A stretch of DNA of 64,000 nucleotides from Felis catus (Eukaryota). The notes under the pieces were generated by a model. The model saw only the letters and a list, made by a program, of their open reading frames with translations, made no database searches and was not told the origin of the DNA. Below are positions 34,161 through 53,286 of this stretch, piece after piece. How positions within the stretch are numbered: the stretch's first letter is position 1; every line of letters starts with the position of its first letter. Where the stretch lies: the NCBI RefSeq assembly GCF_018350175.1, contig NC_058382.1, forward strand, positions 7,192,001 through 7,256,000, written 5' to 3'. The translations under genes were made by a program, and so were the position numbers.

Positions 34161-35019
34161 TATTAATACATTTAAACAAACAAACAAACAAACAAACAAA
34201 AAACCACTTCACAGGGCTCCTGGGAGGATTAATTGCATTAATACATGAAGAGCCCTCAGAACACCTGGCACTAAGCAAGTGTTTACTAAGTGGTGCCCTC
34301 ATTAGTATTATCCTTGCACTCATTGACAAAATTGTTAAGACAATTTGTCTCCAAGGCCCCAGAGCCAAAGCAGCCTGCCTTGGGTGACAGCTGGGGATTT
34401 GGGAGAACGGGAGGTGGCCGCCCAAATCCTTCCTGTGGAACAGAAAATAATGACATACCACCTGAGCTGGAGATTCTGACTGCCACCAATACCTTAATTC
34501 AGGTGGCCAGGTTTCTCAGGCATCCCTCCGCCCTCCTTCCCTCTCCAGGGATTTTGTGGCCACACGCCCTCCTCTTCCTATTTTTGTCAGGGGAATTGTA
34601 ATAACGGGATCCTGTGCTGGAGGGATTTGGAAAGCTGGGGCTTGTGAGGGAGGGGCGTGGAAAAGACTGGAGGAGAAACAGACAGCCTCCTGACGGGAGG
34701 GAGGTCTATGCTTCCTACGCATCCCCGCCCCCCGCCTCCGCCCCCGCACTGGCCTGGGGCACATCAAGACTTCTTTTTCTCCTCCCGAGGCCCCAGGAAG
34801 GGAGATGTCAGCTCCTAAACTAGACCTAGGCTAAGAATTTTCCCTAGTCTGAAGCGTCCTGGCCAAGCTTAGCCACTGCCCCTACTAGGAGGCCTTTAAT
34901 AAGGGATTAGGTTGGGCTTCCCTGCCTAATAGGGATATTGGTCTCCACACCCAATCCCAACGTGTGGGGGTGGGGTTCCCCAACACCACCAGGCAATTCT
35001 CCCACACCAATTCAGCCTA

Positions 35020-35222
35020 ATTTTTGATTTTTTTAATGTTTTTATTTTTGAGAGACAGAGTATGAGCAGGGGAGGTGCAGAGAGAGAGAGGAGACACAAT
35101 CTTAAAGCAAGCTCCAGGCTCTGAGCTGCACAGAGCCCCACACGGGGCTCGAACCCACCAATCATGAGATCATGACCTGAGCCGAAGTCGGACGCTTAAG
35201 GGACTGAGCCACCCAGGAGCCG
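35020..35222 (-). mobile_element. Can-SINE
   Basis: Full structure. Confidence 0.88.
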
Positions 35223-35227
35223 CACAA

Positions 35228-35875
35228 TTCGATGTAATTACACGAACTACACTATCTACCTGGAGGTAACGTCGGATCACAGAGGTTAAGGACTCAGTCC
35301 TACAAGACCCGCCCCCCTCCCCCACTACCGACCTTTCAGAGGCCAGTTGAAAGTCCAAGTTGTTACCTGTGCTTCTGGGCAAGCTGCTATATAGATTGAA
35401 GGTTTCCACGGCCTCCTCCTGGAATTTGATCAATTTGCTAGAGCGGCTCACAGAACTCAGAGAAGCACTTTACTTACTTGATTACTGGTTTACTGTGAAA
35501 GGATAAAACTCAGGAACAGCCGGATGGAAGAAATACGTAGGACAAGATAACGTGGGAAGGGCTGTGGAGCTTCCTTGCCCCCTCTGGGTGCGTCATTCTC
35601 TCCACACGGCTTCACCAGTCTGGAAACCGTCCCAGCCCCATCTTTTTGGGTGTTTATGGAGGCTTCACTGCATAGGCCTGATTGGTTAACTCAATGTCCA
35701 TTGGTGATTGATTCTACCTCCAGCCCCTCTCCCCTCCCATTTGTTGGCAGCTTCCAAAAGTCACCCATTCACATGACAAAAGACATCGTCATCGCTTTCC
35801 TTACTTAGGAATTACAGGAGTTTTAGGAACCCTGTGCCAGAAGGAGACGAAGACCCAAAATATATTTCTTATCAC
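35228..35875 (-). mobile_element. MER21-like ERV LTR
   Basis: actatctacctggag...ggttaaggactcagtcctacaagac...aatttgctagagcggctcacagaactcag...ggataaaactcaggaacagcc. Confidence 0.8.
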
Positions 35876-36549
35876 CAATCACAGTATCAATGGAGGCAAA
35901 GGGCATATAAGCCCAGGCTTCCATTCTAAGGGGTCAATGTCAATGATAAGGCAAGAGAAGCAGACGGGCTGCGGGAGGGTGGAAAGGACGGGAGGCCCAG
36001 GTCAGGATTTTTGGAAGAGAGACAATGGAAGGATAAGGTAGCCCCCCCCCCCACAGAAACGGGATGGACTCCCCCATCTGAAAGTTTGTCCGCATGTCAA
36101 GACTGACGATGTCACACACGCATCAGAAGGGTCCAGCCTGCCTCCGTGGGGTGACCACAGTTGGTGCTGTGAACAGGAGTCTAGATGACCACCCCCACGG
36201 AGTCTCTCTCCTCGTGCTGTGCTGTCCTGTGCCTGCTGGTGAGTGTGCATTTTGAGCTGTGCTGCTTGGGATTTGCACCTGTTGTAGACTTAACCAACCC
36301 AAGTCAGGAGTTTCCATAGTTGGCATTCAGGAACAGAGGTGTGGGATGGGGGGCTTCCTTCAAGTGGCCCCGGGCTGGCACATCTGCACCCCGACCTGTC
36401 TGTGTGCTTCGCTCCAGCCAGGGCAGTGGGGGAGGGGTGCCTGAAAGTTCCAACCTAAGTTGTTGGTTCCCCTGGTAACCAGGCTGCATTTTCCTCCAAC
36501 AGTCACCTAAGTAGCATAAATTCTGGTAGGGTTAAAAGTGTGTTATTAT

Positions 36550-36746
36550 GGGAGCGCCTGGGTGGCTCAGTTTGGCTCAGGTCATGATCTCACAGTTGGT
36601 GAGTTCCAGCCCCGCGTGGGGCTCTGTGCTGCCGGCTCAGAGCCTGGAGCCTGCTTCAGATTCTGTGTCTCCCTCTCTCTCTCTGCTCCTCCCCCATTCA
36701 CCCTCTGTCTCTCTCTCAAAAATAAATAAACATAAAGAAAAAAAAA
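36550..36746 (+). mobile_element. Can-SINE with a head deletion
   Basis: Lacks cggttaagcgtccgac. Confidence 0.87.
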
Positions 36747-38266
36747 TGCTAAGTGTCTTATTAGCAATAACACTCCTATGATACTCCTTACCTCTAACCA
36801 CTCAGGAAATTCCAGAGATTATAAAGCTCTGTGCCAGCAATCGGAAAGAAAACCAAATATAATCCAGGGAGGTGTGGGAGGGGTGTGGCAGAAGAGAAGG
36901 AACACGCTGGATGTAGAAAGACCCTTGCGGGGCTGTCCAGGGACTAGGGGTGGGGGTGGGGGGTAGGGAAGGGAGCCCAGAGGGAGGGAATCCAGGTAGG
37001 AGGCTAGGGTGAGGGTCCAGGGAGGGGGGTTTGAGGCCTGAGCTGAGGCTGGAGAGAGTGGGACAATGGAGGGCCAGGGCTAAGGAGGGGGAAAGAGGAG
37101 GAGAGTATGTGAATTCAGCCTAGCGAATTGGCGTGTGGTGTTCCCCCCACCCTGGGAAAACCAGGGGGAAGATGCTGAGCTCACGAGAGGCATGTGATGT
37201 GGGCCCAGGGGCATGCAAGATGCCAATAGCTGCAGAGGGCCAGACTTTCAGAGGCAGATGTCAGAGCCAGGGAACTGGGAGGAAGTTATCTGTGGAGGGC
37301 AGTACTGGGATGGGATGTCTCAGAAGAAGGATGGGTCTTAGGAAGAATCAGTGTCTCAAGGGTCCAGACCAGAGGACTAGTTGGGAGGGGGAGGGGGGAA
37401 GCCACCACAAGGCCAAGGGAGTAGCGTCTGAGAATAGGTTGGTGAGACAGTGGGGGACCTGGGTTTGGGTCATCCAGGAGGCTGTTGGATGCACAGGCTT
37501 GAAGCCAGGGAGAGACTAAAGAGCCATCCTGCCCCAGGTGACAGGTGAAACTGTCCAGTGTATGTAGTCAGTGCAGAGGACAAGGCTGAGGAGTGGCCCT
37601 GGGAACACCCTTATTTGTAAAGACACCAGGAGAGGAAAAAAAGGCTTATTCATGTCCGAGAGACAGAAAGTAGAAGGAAACCAGAAATGCATGAAGGAGA
37701 GAGCAGCAGACCATGTGGAAGGCTGCCTGAAGGCGAGTAAGGTGAGGACCGGGAGACCAAGATTGCTCAATGTGGAAGGACTCTGGAGACCCAAAGACCA
37801 CCGCGGCCGTCCAGGGCAAGCAGTGAGTAGATCTCTGTGGATAAGTTTTGCCAGGAATGATGGAAGAGAACAGAGTAGGCGAAGGAGGGGTGGGGGCTGC
37901 TGGTTCTGATGAAACTGTGCTCCCAGGATCACCCAGCAGAGGGTCAGGCTCACAGGGCATCTCAAAACGTTTGTTGAGTGAATGCATGCCTGCAGGCATG
38001 AATGAATGAACGAGTGAACGGGGCAGAGAAATAGAAGGAGAGAGAGAGGTATACAGACAGAGACAGAAGACAGAGCACCAAGTTGTAGCTGATAGTGCTT
38101 CACAGCTGAGAAAAAAAGGTCCTGTCATCTAAGTCAGCTTTGAAAATTCCTTCTTCAGAAAGCAATGAACCGGGAAACCCAATTGCGATGGTGTCTCAAC
38201 TCAACATAGCTGATATCCTCGCCCATTTTTGTTGCCTGGTTTGATGATCCCAACAAGAAATGGTAT

Positions 38267-38480
38267 GGGGCCCTTGGGTGGTTCAGTTGGTTAAACGTCT
38301 GACTCTTGATGTCGGTTCAGATCACGATCTCAAGGTTCATGAGTTCAAGCCCTGAGTCAGGCTCTCTGCTGTCAGCGTAGAGCCCACTTCCGATCCTTCA
38401 GATCCCAGTCTCTCTCTGCCCCTCCCCATCTTGTGGGTGCAAATGTGGTCTCTCTCTCTCCAAAAAATAGACATTATAAA
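38267..38480 (+). mobile_element. Can-SINE (older)
   Basis: Head and body. Confidence 0.83.
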
Positions 38481-39284
38481 AAGGGGGAGCGGTATGTAGA
38501 CAGGTAGCTTCCTCCTAGCCCCATTTTTCAGATGAACAAACTGAGGTCAAACCAAAGCCTGATGATGATCCCCAGGGAGTCATGGCATGAGCTGAGCTTT
38601 CAGCCGTGTGTATGATTCCAAAAGCTATCCTTCTTCTTTGAAGCCTGTAGGACCGTTCATACGTTCCTCTGTTCACACCTGTACTCGTGCAGTTAGCCAT
38701 TCATTCGTTCATTCATATGTTTGGATAGGGGCTCTGGAGCCAACTGGCTGGGTTCAAACTCCGGTTCTGGTACTTGCCAACCATGTGGCTGTGGGCAAGT
38801 GACATTATCTAGCCCTGCCTCTGTTTCCACGTCTACGACGGTCTCCATGTTGTGGGCCCTCTCCCCAGGTGTCAGGGTGGCCGCGTTCTCTCCAGGGAAT
38901 AGCCTTCATATTGAGTTTACCCCGGTGCCCAGGAGGAAAACGTGGAGCTCGGGACTTGAGAGCACTGTGGGCTCCCTGGAGGAGGTGGCAAAGGGGCTCC
39001 GAGCTTTCCCTGAGTGCGAGAGGTGTGAGAGTGAAGCTGCAAGCCAGTCTGTGCCCTCTTTGAGCCTCCAGCTGCAAAAGAAGGGACTGGCTTTTTCCAG
39101 AAGCCACAAGTCTGCAAGTCTGTGTCAAAAGAGAACCACCGAGAAGCCACTCCCCACTCCGTACAGCTCCAGCACCATTAATCTGCTTTGTGTCTCTATG
39201 GGTGAGCCTGTTCTGGACGTTCGTATACATGGCGTCATATAACATGTGGCCTTTGTGATGGACGTCTTTCAGCTAGTGTAGTGT

Positions 39285-39510
39285 TTTGTTTTTTCTTTCT
39301 TTTTAAATGTTTATTTTTGAGAGAGAGAGAGAGAGAGACTCAGCATGAGCAGGAGAGGGGCAGAGAGAGAGGGAGACACAGAATCTGAAGCAGGCTCCAG
39401 GCTCTGAGCTGTCAACCCAGAGCCCGACGCAGGGCTTGAACTCACGAGCGATGAGATCATGACCTGAGCCAAAGTCGGCCACTTAACGGATTGAGCCAAC
39501 CAGGTGCCCC
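39285..39510 (-). mobile_element. Can-SINE
   Basis: Flanked by tagtgttt repeats. Confidence 0.9.
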
Positions 39511-39766
39511 AAGCATAGTGTTTTTAATGTTCATCCACGTTGTAGCCAGTGGTAGTGTGTGTCTCCTTTTTATGACTGAATAATACTCCAGAGTATGGAT
39601 AGACCACATTTTATTAATCCATTCATCATGTGATGGACATCAGCCTAATGGAGATAGAGTCTCTTCTGGGGCTGATGAAAATGTCCTGGAATTAAATTGT
39701 GGTGATGGTTACACAGTGTTTTGAGTGTGGTGGACCTCACTGAAGTGTGGACTTTAAAATGGTTCA

Positions 39767-40003
39767 GGGGGCGCCTGGGTGGCTCAGTCGGTTGAGCATC
39801 CGACTTCGGCTCAGGTCATGATCTCGTGGTCCGTGGGTTCGAGCCCCGCGTCGGGCTCTGTGCTGACAGCCCAGAGCCTGGAGCCTGTTTCGGATTCTGT
39901 GTCTCCCTCTTTCTCTGCCCCTCCCCTGTTCATGCTCTCTCTCTGTCTCAAAAATAAATAAATGTTAAAAAAATAAATAAATAAATAAAATAAAATAAAA
40001 TAA
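39767..40003 (+). mobile_element. Can-SINE
   Basis: TSD aaaatggttcag; (TAAAA)n tail. Confidence 0.92.
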
Positions 40004-40064
40004 AATGGTTCAGGCACTGGATTTTATGTTATGTGAGTTTTATTTAAAAAAAAAAATCAAGGCA

Positions 40065-40258
40065 GGGCGCGCCTGGGTCGCTCAGTCGGTTGAGTGTCCA
40101 ACTTTAGCTCAGGTCATGATTTCATGGTTCATGAGCTCTCTGCTGTCAGCCAGGAGCCTGCTTGGGATCCTGTGTCCCCCTCTCTCTCTGCCTTCCCCTG
40201 CTGGCACTCTCTGTCTCAAAAATAAGTAAACATTTTAAAAAATAAATTAAAAAATAAA
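40065..40258 (+). mobile_element. Can-SINE with an internal deletion
   Basis: TSD aaggcag. Confidence 0.83.
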
Positions 40259-40554
40259 GGCAGAAAGAGAAAAGAAGACAGAGAGAGTGGGATTTAGACG
40301 CTTTGTTTTCTTGCCAATATTTGAAAATCAGAAAACGTCCCACCATGAATCTGGATTTCCAGTTTCTCTTGAAAAGTCATGGAACTCGACCATGCTCGTA
40401 CGTGTTCTGGAGGGCAGCCCCTGACGGGAGCTAAGGGTGAATTTTATCCCATGTAAATTGCACCTCAATAAACCCAACCCTCCAGAAATCCAGAAATAGA
40501 GAGGGATTCAGTTAGGTGATCTGTCTCAAAACAAATCAAAAGCTGAAGATTTGT

Positions 40555-40790
40555 GGGGCGCCTGGCTGCCTCAGTCGGTGGAGCATGTGACTCTTGATTT
40601 CGGCTCAGGTCATGATCTCGAGGTTCATGGGTTCAAGCCCCACAATGGGGCTGACAGTGCAGAGCCTGCTTGGGATTCTCTCCCTCCCTCTCTCTGTGCC
40701 TCCACTGCTCATGCTCTCTCTCTCTCTCTCTCTCTCTCTCAAACTAAATAAAATTTAAAAATTTTTTAATAAACTTAAAAAAAAAAGAAA
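40555..40790 (+). mobile_element. Can-SINE
   Basis: TSD aagctgaagatttgtg. Confidence 0.9.
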
Positions 40791-41710
40791 GTAGAAGCTG
40801 AAGATTTGTGATTATGAAATCAGAGAAGGAAAGAGATCCAAGACCGGAGAGAAGGTGATGGACTGAAAGGCAGGAGTAAGGGGGGAGGGTCTTCTTCTGT
40901 TTCCTCACACTTCCTCTGCCTCTGACCACCTTCCCTCTCAACTTCCTCCCGTCTGCGTGTCTGTCTCTCTCTCTCTCTCCCTCCCTTCCTCCCTCACAGG
41001 TGAAGCAAAAACTCAGATGAACCAACACAAACTGTCCTGCCCCTGGCTCTCTCTCGGTCCCCTGTTTCCCTTTCTTTCCCAGTGGAAGCCCTCACGCAAG
41101 AGAAAAAAAATAAATAAATAACTTTCATGTAATTAGATAAATCGGCCACATGCAGATAGGAAAAGTGGGCTTCACAGGGAAGAGGGTCGACCGTGCATTT
41201 AAAAAATTCAGTTAGAATCAGACTGTGCAGAACCCAGCTTGGAAACCTCTTCAGTCTCTTTCTGATCATCTGTTTCGAAATCCCTTCCTTCTCTTCTCAG
41301 TCTGGGCTCTCTCAGCTCTGGCTTTCCCAGCCTCTCCCTTCCACTCTCCTGTGCTCTTAAACACTCACCCTCCTGCCTCTTCCCTGCACACCGCAGGGAG
41401 GGGGCGGGGGGAGGGCCCCACCCTCCCTGAGCCTTCCTCACTAGGAATGAGGATTAGAACCCAATTCCCAGGTCACCTTCAGTCATGGGTCTGGGCACTG
41501 GGTCCGAGAGAAGGGGAAAAGGAGTGGGGCCGGGTCTTTCCCCCTAGAGCCATTCTGGGCCCAACCCCCCTTTCCCCATTTAGTTGTAAAGCTCAATTAG
41601 GTGCCATTAGCTGAGAAGATTTTCTGCGGGATTAGAGAGGGTGCCCCACCCCAAGTCTTCCTGGTCCCCTTCCCTCAACCCGGAAATTGCATGGGCTGGA
41701 ACAAAGAGAG

Positions 41711-41716
41711 TTAAAA
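41711..41716 (+). promoter_or_regulatory. TATA variant TTAAAA upstream of KLK12 first exon
   Basis: Lies upstream of the exon ending at donor 41934. Confidence 0.45.
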
Positions 41717-41905
41717 GCTGTGTCAGCTGCCTGTCTGGGGCAGACAGACAGAAGGAGGGGGACAGGTGGGGCAGCATGACAGGTGGCTGAGAAGCCAGGT
41801 GGACAGTGGGAGAGTTGACTGGCGGGGTGGCCAGTGGATGACAGGACAGGCAGGTGGTGGACAGACAGATAGCAGAGGCAGACAGGCTGGAACTGTGACA
41901 GCTAC

Positions 41906-46187
<4,282 letters not shown>

Positions 46188-46377
46188 CCTGCTCCCTCCA
46201 CCTCCACCCCTCAGGTTGGGTGCTCCACTGAGTGAGCCTCAGAGCACCAACACCGCCCCCCGTTATCACTCTGGCTCCCATCCTTCTTGCTCTGGGGAGT
46301 TTCTTCCCAGAACTCCAACTCCAGCCAGCCCTTTTAAGATCCATGGTTGGGGGAGAAAGGAATGAGTGACTACCTGT

Positions 46378-46383
46378 AATAAA
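46378..46383 (+). terminator. KLK12 poly(A) signal AATAAA
   Basis: 190 nt after the stop codon. Confidence 0.7.
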
Positions 46384-46790
46384 TATAACTGGAGGAGGAG
46401 ATGTGTCTGTCTGTTTGATGCCCCCATGCTGGTTGACACAAGAAGGAGGTTCATCAAGTCCTGTACCCACAACTGTAGGAATAGAGACCACAGAGGGTGA
46501 GGGTTTTCCCTTAGGAGCCACACAGGAATGGAGTAGCAAAGTTTACTTATAACACTAAAAATAAGGGCCTTTTTTTTTTTTTCTCCACCCAGCACTTTAG
46601 GAACAGTGCCCATGAAGGACCTGAAGGGGGAAAAATTATTGGCCCAAAAATGCCAAATGAAAATTGCAAAATCAAAATTCATGACCATTTAATTAAACGT
46701 TTATAAAACCTAACATTATTCCATGTAGCGGATTCCAAGTTGGCTTTGCTGGAGCTGTTGAGCACATGTTATATTTAATTAAAAAAAAAA

Positions 46791-46997
46791 TTTTTTTTTA
46801 ATCTTTATTTATTTTTGAGAGAGAGATGGAGTGTGAGCAGGGGAGGAGCTGAGGGGAGGGAGACACAGAATCAGAAGCAGGCTCCAGGCCCTGAGCTGTC
46901 AGCACTGAGCTTGACGTGGGGCTCGAACTCACGAACCGTGAGATCATGACCTGAACCAAAGTCGGACACTTAACCGACTGAGCCACCCAGGTGCCCC
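46791..46997 (-). mobile_element. Can-SINE
   Basis: TSD agcaca(t/c)gttatatttaat. Confidence 0.9.
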
Positions 46998-47439
46998 AAG
47001 CACACGTTATATTTAATGTGGGATGTGGGTTCGTTTTACTATGTCTGTGATGATGGAAGGTGGGGTGTGACCTTGGAAAGCAAGAGGACCCAGACTAGGT
47101 CTTAAAATAGTCCTGCCCACCCCTTGGGTTCTGTCTTCACCACCGTCCAGGAGGTGAAAAGAGAGCTTCTCCCCAGTGAATGGAAAGGGAATTTGGGGGT
47201 AGGAGAGTGTGGGGTGATGGTGACTGCATGGGAAATACTTGCTAAGCGCCTGCTGTGCTCGGCTGTCCCGGAGTCCTCATCCCAATCACCCCAAGGCAGG
47301 GCTGTCCCCCCATCTCCTAGATGAAGAAACTGAGCCTCACCGGGGTGGAGTCCCTTGGCTCACGTCACTGTGGTAGGAAGAGGCAGAGCCGGGGTTTGAG
47401 GCCAGGCCTGGCTGCCTTCAGAACCCATACCCGGTCGTC

Positions 47440-47595
47440 TTGCCCCACTTCTGGTTAGGGGAGAGAGGAGAGAGGAGGCAGGACAGAAGCAGGAGATCTA
47501 ACTGATAAGGAGCCAGCCGGGAGATAGAGGGATCGGCAGACAGGATATTGAGGTGGCTCCGAGTCGGAAGTCATTGGACCTAAGTCACACAGCGA
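47440..47595 (+). other. KLK11: KLK11 upstream 5' exon (start approximate)
   Basis: Donor GCGA|gtaagt; splicing to 49469 gives KEPGACPSPLQAM, resembling the human long-isoform junction as recalled. Confidence 0.65.
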
Positions 47596-48291
47596 GTAAG
47601 TGTCACAGCTGGATTTGGAGGGGGGGGGCGGGGAACAGGGTGCTGGGGGGGTAGGGGCGGAGGCAGGAGAGGGGAGCGGAGGGGAGCGGAGGGGAGGGTG
47701 GGTGGCAGAAACAAAGCCCCAGAGGAATGCTAGGGGCTGAGGCCTTGCAGAGGGCTGACTCCCTTTCCTGGGCCTCGACTCCCACAGGCCCCAACCTGCC
47801 TCCCCCACCCTCCCGGCCTGCCCCTTCGGCTGGCAGTGGCCCCACCTCTGTGACACCCCAGTTTCCCCTCTCCTTGGAATGGAGAAGGGAGGGCCCTGAG
47901 GAGGCCAGGGGCCCATCTGGGCTTGGGCTGTGGGGAGGGAGGAGAAGGGACAGGAGAGAGAGAGGGACTGGGAAACTGAGGTGGAGGGGGGAGAGAGAGA
48001 AGGAGGTATAGGGAGGCAGAGACGGAGAGACACAAAGAATGATAGTTAAAATAGTCATGCAGGGAGAGACTGAGAGAGAGACAGAGACAGAAAGACAAAG
48101 AGACAGAAAGGCACAAGCCCAGAGAGGCAAAGAGAAAAATGACAGAGATTTACAAAGAGGCAGGAAACGGCAGAGACAAAGAGGGACAGATTCAGCCTGA
48201 CGAAGAAGGATGCAGACAAGTCGGAGAAACAGAGAAAAGCAGAGAGAAGAGGGGCTTGGAGAGGTGACAGAGGCAGGCAGGCACACACACA

Positions 48292-48308
48292 CACACACAC
48301 ACACACAC
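48292..48308 (+). repeat. (CA)n microsatellite
   Basis: Read directly. Confidence 0.85.
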
Positions 48309-48339
48309 CACCCCCAGGGCAACAAGGCAGGGCTTAGGA

Positions 48340-48482
48340 GGCCTAGTCATCCGGGCCACCCCGCGTCTGCCACCTGCCTGGTGCCTGATGCTCTGACCCA
48401 ACCTGCCTCTGACCCAAACCGCCACAGCTGCCTACACCACCACTACCACCACCGGCCACCCAGAGCCCCAGCCCCAGAGCCT
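48340..48482 (+). other. KLK11: Candidate alternative KLK11 5' non-coding exon
   Basis: Strong donor gagcct|gtgagt at 48483; start approximate. Confidence 0.4.
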
Positions 48483-49080
48483 GTGAGTCGGGGAGGGAAG
48501 GGCACAACCGACCCCCCCTCCCCCCATGCAGCGTGCCTGGCCTCCTCTACCTCCGCACCCTTTCTCCCTCTGCTCTGCCCTTCTAGGCTTGTGTGGGTGC
48601 TCTCTGCCTCTCTCTGTGTCTCTGATCCCTACTTTGATAGCTGAGTCCAGCCTCCACCCCTCCCCCTGCTGGCCAGGGCAGCTGAGGGCACTGGCCTCTC
48701 CCCTGACCGGCCCAGCCCAGCTCTATCTGCCTGTCCTTCAAAGGGGCAGGCATTCAGAAAGACAAGGCTAAAACACAGTCCCAGGCTGAGCTCCCTGCTA
48801 TACGGGCCCATATCACCCTGCGGTGGATACTAAATGACGCTGGTTCCTTTTATTCACCTGTCCCAAGCTGCTGGGGCCTGGCCAGGTCTCAGGTGTGCAA
48901 GAAGGAAAACATTCACCCCAAAGCATCTCACAGGTACCATGGCTGACTTAAAACGGAGCCGGCCAATCGCTTGCCCCAAAGTCAAAGCCCCTCCCAGCAA
49001 TTGCCATATTCTCTTTGGCTGCTAGAAGCTTTTAGCTGATATCAGTCCCCTCTAAGGCCACCTTTGATACCAAAGATTTA

Positions 49081-49286
49081 TTTTTTTTAAGTTTATTTAT
49101 TATTTATTTTGAGAGAGCGGGGTGGGGGGAGGGAGAAGGGGCAGAGAGAGAGGGAGAGAGAGAGTATGCCAAGCAGGCTCTGCACTGTCAGTGCAGAGCC
49201 CAATGTGGGACTCGAACTCATGAACCATGAGATCATGACCTGAGCCAAAGTCAGAGGCTTAACCCACTGAGCCACCCATGCGCCCC
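49081..49286 (-). mobile_element. Can-SINE (KLK11 5' intron)
   Basis: TSD caaagatttattt. Confidence 0.9.
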
Positions 49287-49503
49287 TCAAAGATTTATTT
49301 TAAAGGTTTGGAGGCCGGGATGCTGTGAGAATTCGGGGATTCCTCAAACCCTGTTGTTTCTCCCTGGGGGGAGCCAGAGCAGGGAAGGGGAGGAGGAGAC
49401 AACATGAACCAGTCCCGCCCTAGTCTCCCCATAAAGTGATTTGGCCCCTTGTCCCTTCTTGTTCCCAGAAGAACCTGGGGCCTGCCCTTCCCCTCTCCAG
49501 GCC

Positions 49504-52010
<2,507 letters not shown>

Positions 52011-52287
52011 CCAGGACCAACTTATCACAGCCCAACACTCCTGATCCCTATTTGGTGATGTGGCTCATTCTGTTAATAGTCAAGCCCAAGAGAGGACATC
52101 TTTATATATTTTCTTTTCAGCCACCTTAACTATGAGACATGCTGTGGTTTAATAATCAACTTGGGGTTCGGAATTAGTGAGGCCTGGGTTCCAATCCTGC
52201 CTTGTACTAACTTGTGATTCTGGGAGAGAGAAGTGTTGTTTGGTTCACTGTTGTATCCCTAGCCCCAAAGGCACTCACCAAGGTTTC

Positions 52288-52293
52288 AATAAA
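52288..52293 (+). terminator. KLK11 poly(A) signal AATAAA
   Basis: First canonical hexamer after the stop codon; lies within an L2 3' end. Confidence 0.65.
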
Positions 52294-52329
52294 TACTTAC
52301 TGAGTGAATGAATCTTTGGAGTGCTTACT

Positions 52330-52497
52330 ATATGCCACACCTGGTCCAAGGGCTTTTCAACATATCAACTAACTTAATCTTCACAAAGATTAAGTGCTAT
52401 TATTGAACCCATTTTGCAGATGAGGAAACTGGGGGAACAGAGAAACAAGTCACTTGCTCATATAGTCACACAGCCAGTAAGGGGAAGAGCAAGGAAT
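52330..52497 (-). mobile_element. MIR (antisense copies also at about 21500-21650, 26130-26260, 38500-38620, 47250-47420, 61230-61420)
   Basis: cccattttgcagatgaggaaactg core. Confidence 0.7.
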
Positions 52498-52673
52498 NNN
52501 NNNNNNNNNNNNNNNNNNNNNNNNNNNNNNNNNNNNNNNNNNNNNNNNNNNNNNNNNNNNNNNNNNNNNNNNNNNNNNNNNNNNNNNNNNNNNNNNNNNN
52601 NNNNNNNNNNNNNNNNNNNNNNNNNNNNNNNNNNNNNNNNNNNNNNNNNNNNNNNNNNNNNNNNNNNNNNNNN
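52498..52673. other. Assembly gap (176 N)
   Basis: Run of N between KLK11 and KLK10, with MIR-like sequence on both sides. Confidence 1.
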
Positions 52674-52849
52674 TCTTAACTACACAGTGAAACTCAATTA
52701 AGGCTCAATTTTCTTATCTGTAAAACCATGAACGTAAAAGTATAATAACACACGAGGCTAAGTCAGCCTGCACATAATTAGGACCTAAGAAAAGGAGCTA
52801 TCATTGTTTTTTTTTCCCCCAACCTCCGTGCTAGGTAGTTCCACCAGAC

Positions 52850-53145
52850 CTGTGCTGGCCAATACGATAGCCACTAACCATACGGGGCTATTTATTTATT
52901 TACCTAAGTGTATTTATTTATTTTGAGAGGTGGAACACGTGCACAAGCTGGGGAGGGACAGAGAGAAAGAGAGGGAGAGAGAATTCCAAACAGGCTCCAT
53001 GCTGATCATGATCTGAGCTGAAATCGAGTCAGATGCTTAACCGACACTCACCACATATCAAATGCTTTGTAGCCACATCTGGTTGTTGTACGGAATATCG
53101 CACATAGGGCATTTCCACTGTTGTAAGAAGTTCCATTGGACAGCC
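52850..53145 (-). mobile_element. MER3-like element with a truncated antisense SINE (about 52895-53050)
   Basis: tgtgctggccaatacgatagccact...ccattggacagc. Confidence 0.6.
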
Positions 53146-53286
53146 CGGAGCTGGACAACCTCTAGAGTTAACTCAATTCCCACTGGAGAAGATGCTGCAT
53201 AAATGGTCCAGAACTCAGAATCTTTTTTGACGTCTTGCTCACCTTGCAGGAGAGGTCGTGGGCATGAGATATAAGAGCCTAGAGCA

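Larger units (their letters stand above)
39143..40057 (+). mobile_element. L1MB 3' end with an inverted 5' segment (39143-39640 antisense, 39645-40057 sense), carrying two SINEs
   Basis: Antisense piece reads atgtccatcacatgatgaatgg...gagtggggagtggc; sense piece continues ctaatgg...gatgaaaatgtcctgg...tttaaaatggtt...poly(A). Confidence 0.7.

Noticed and set aside
47455-48325. 192-240 aa minus-strand ORFs
   Set aside because: Derived from (GA)n/(CA)n-rich low-complexity KLK11 5' intron
52330-52800. Possible hidden gene or misassembly at the N gap
   Set aside because: The gap is only 176 nt, is flanked by MIR-like sequence, and gene order KLK11-KLK10 is as expected
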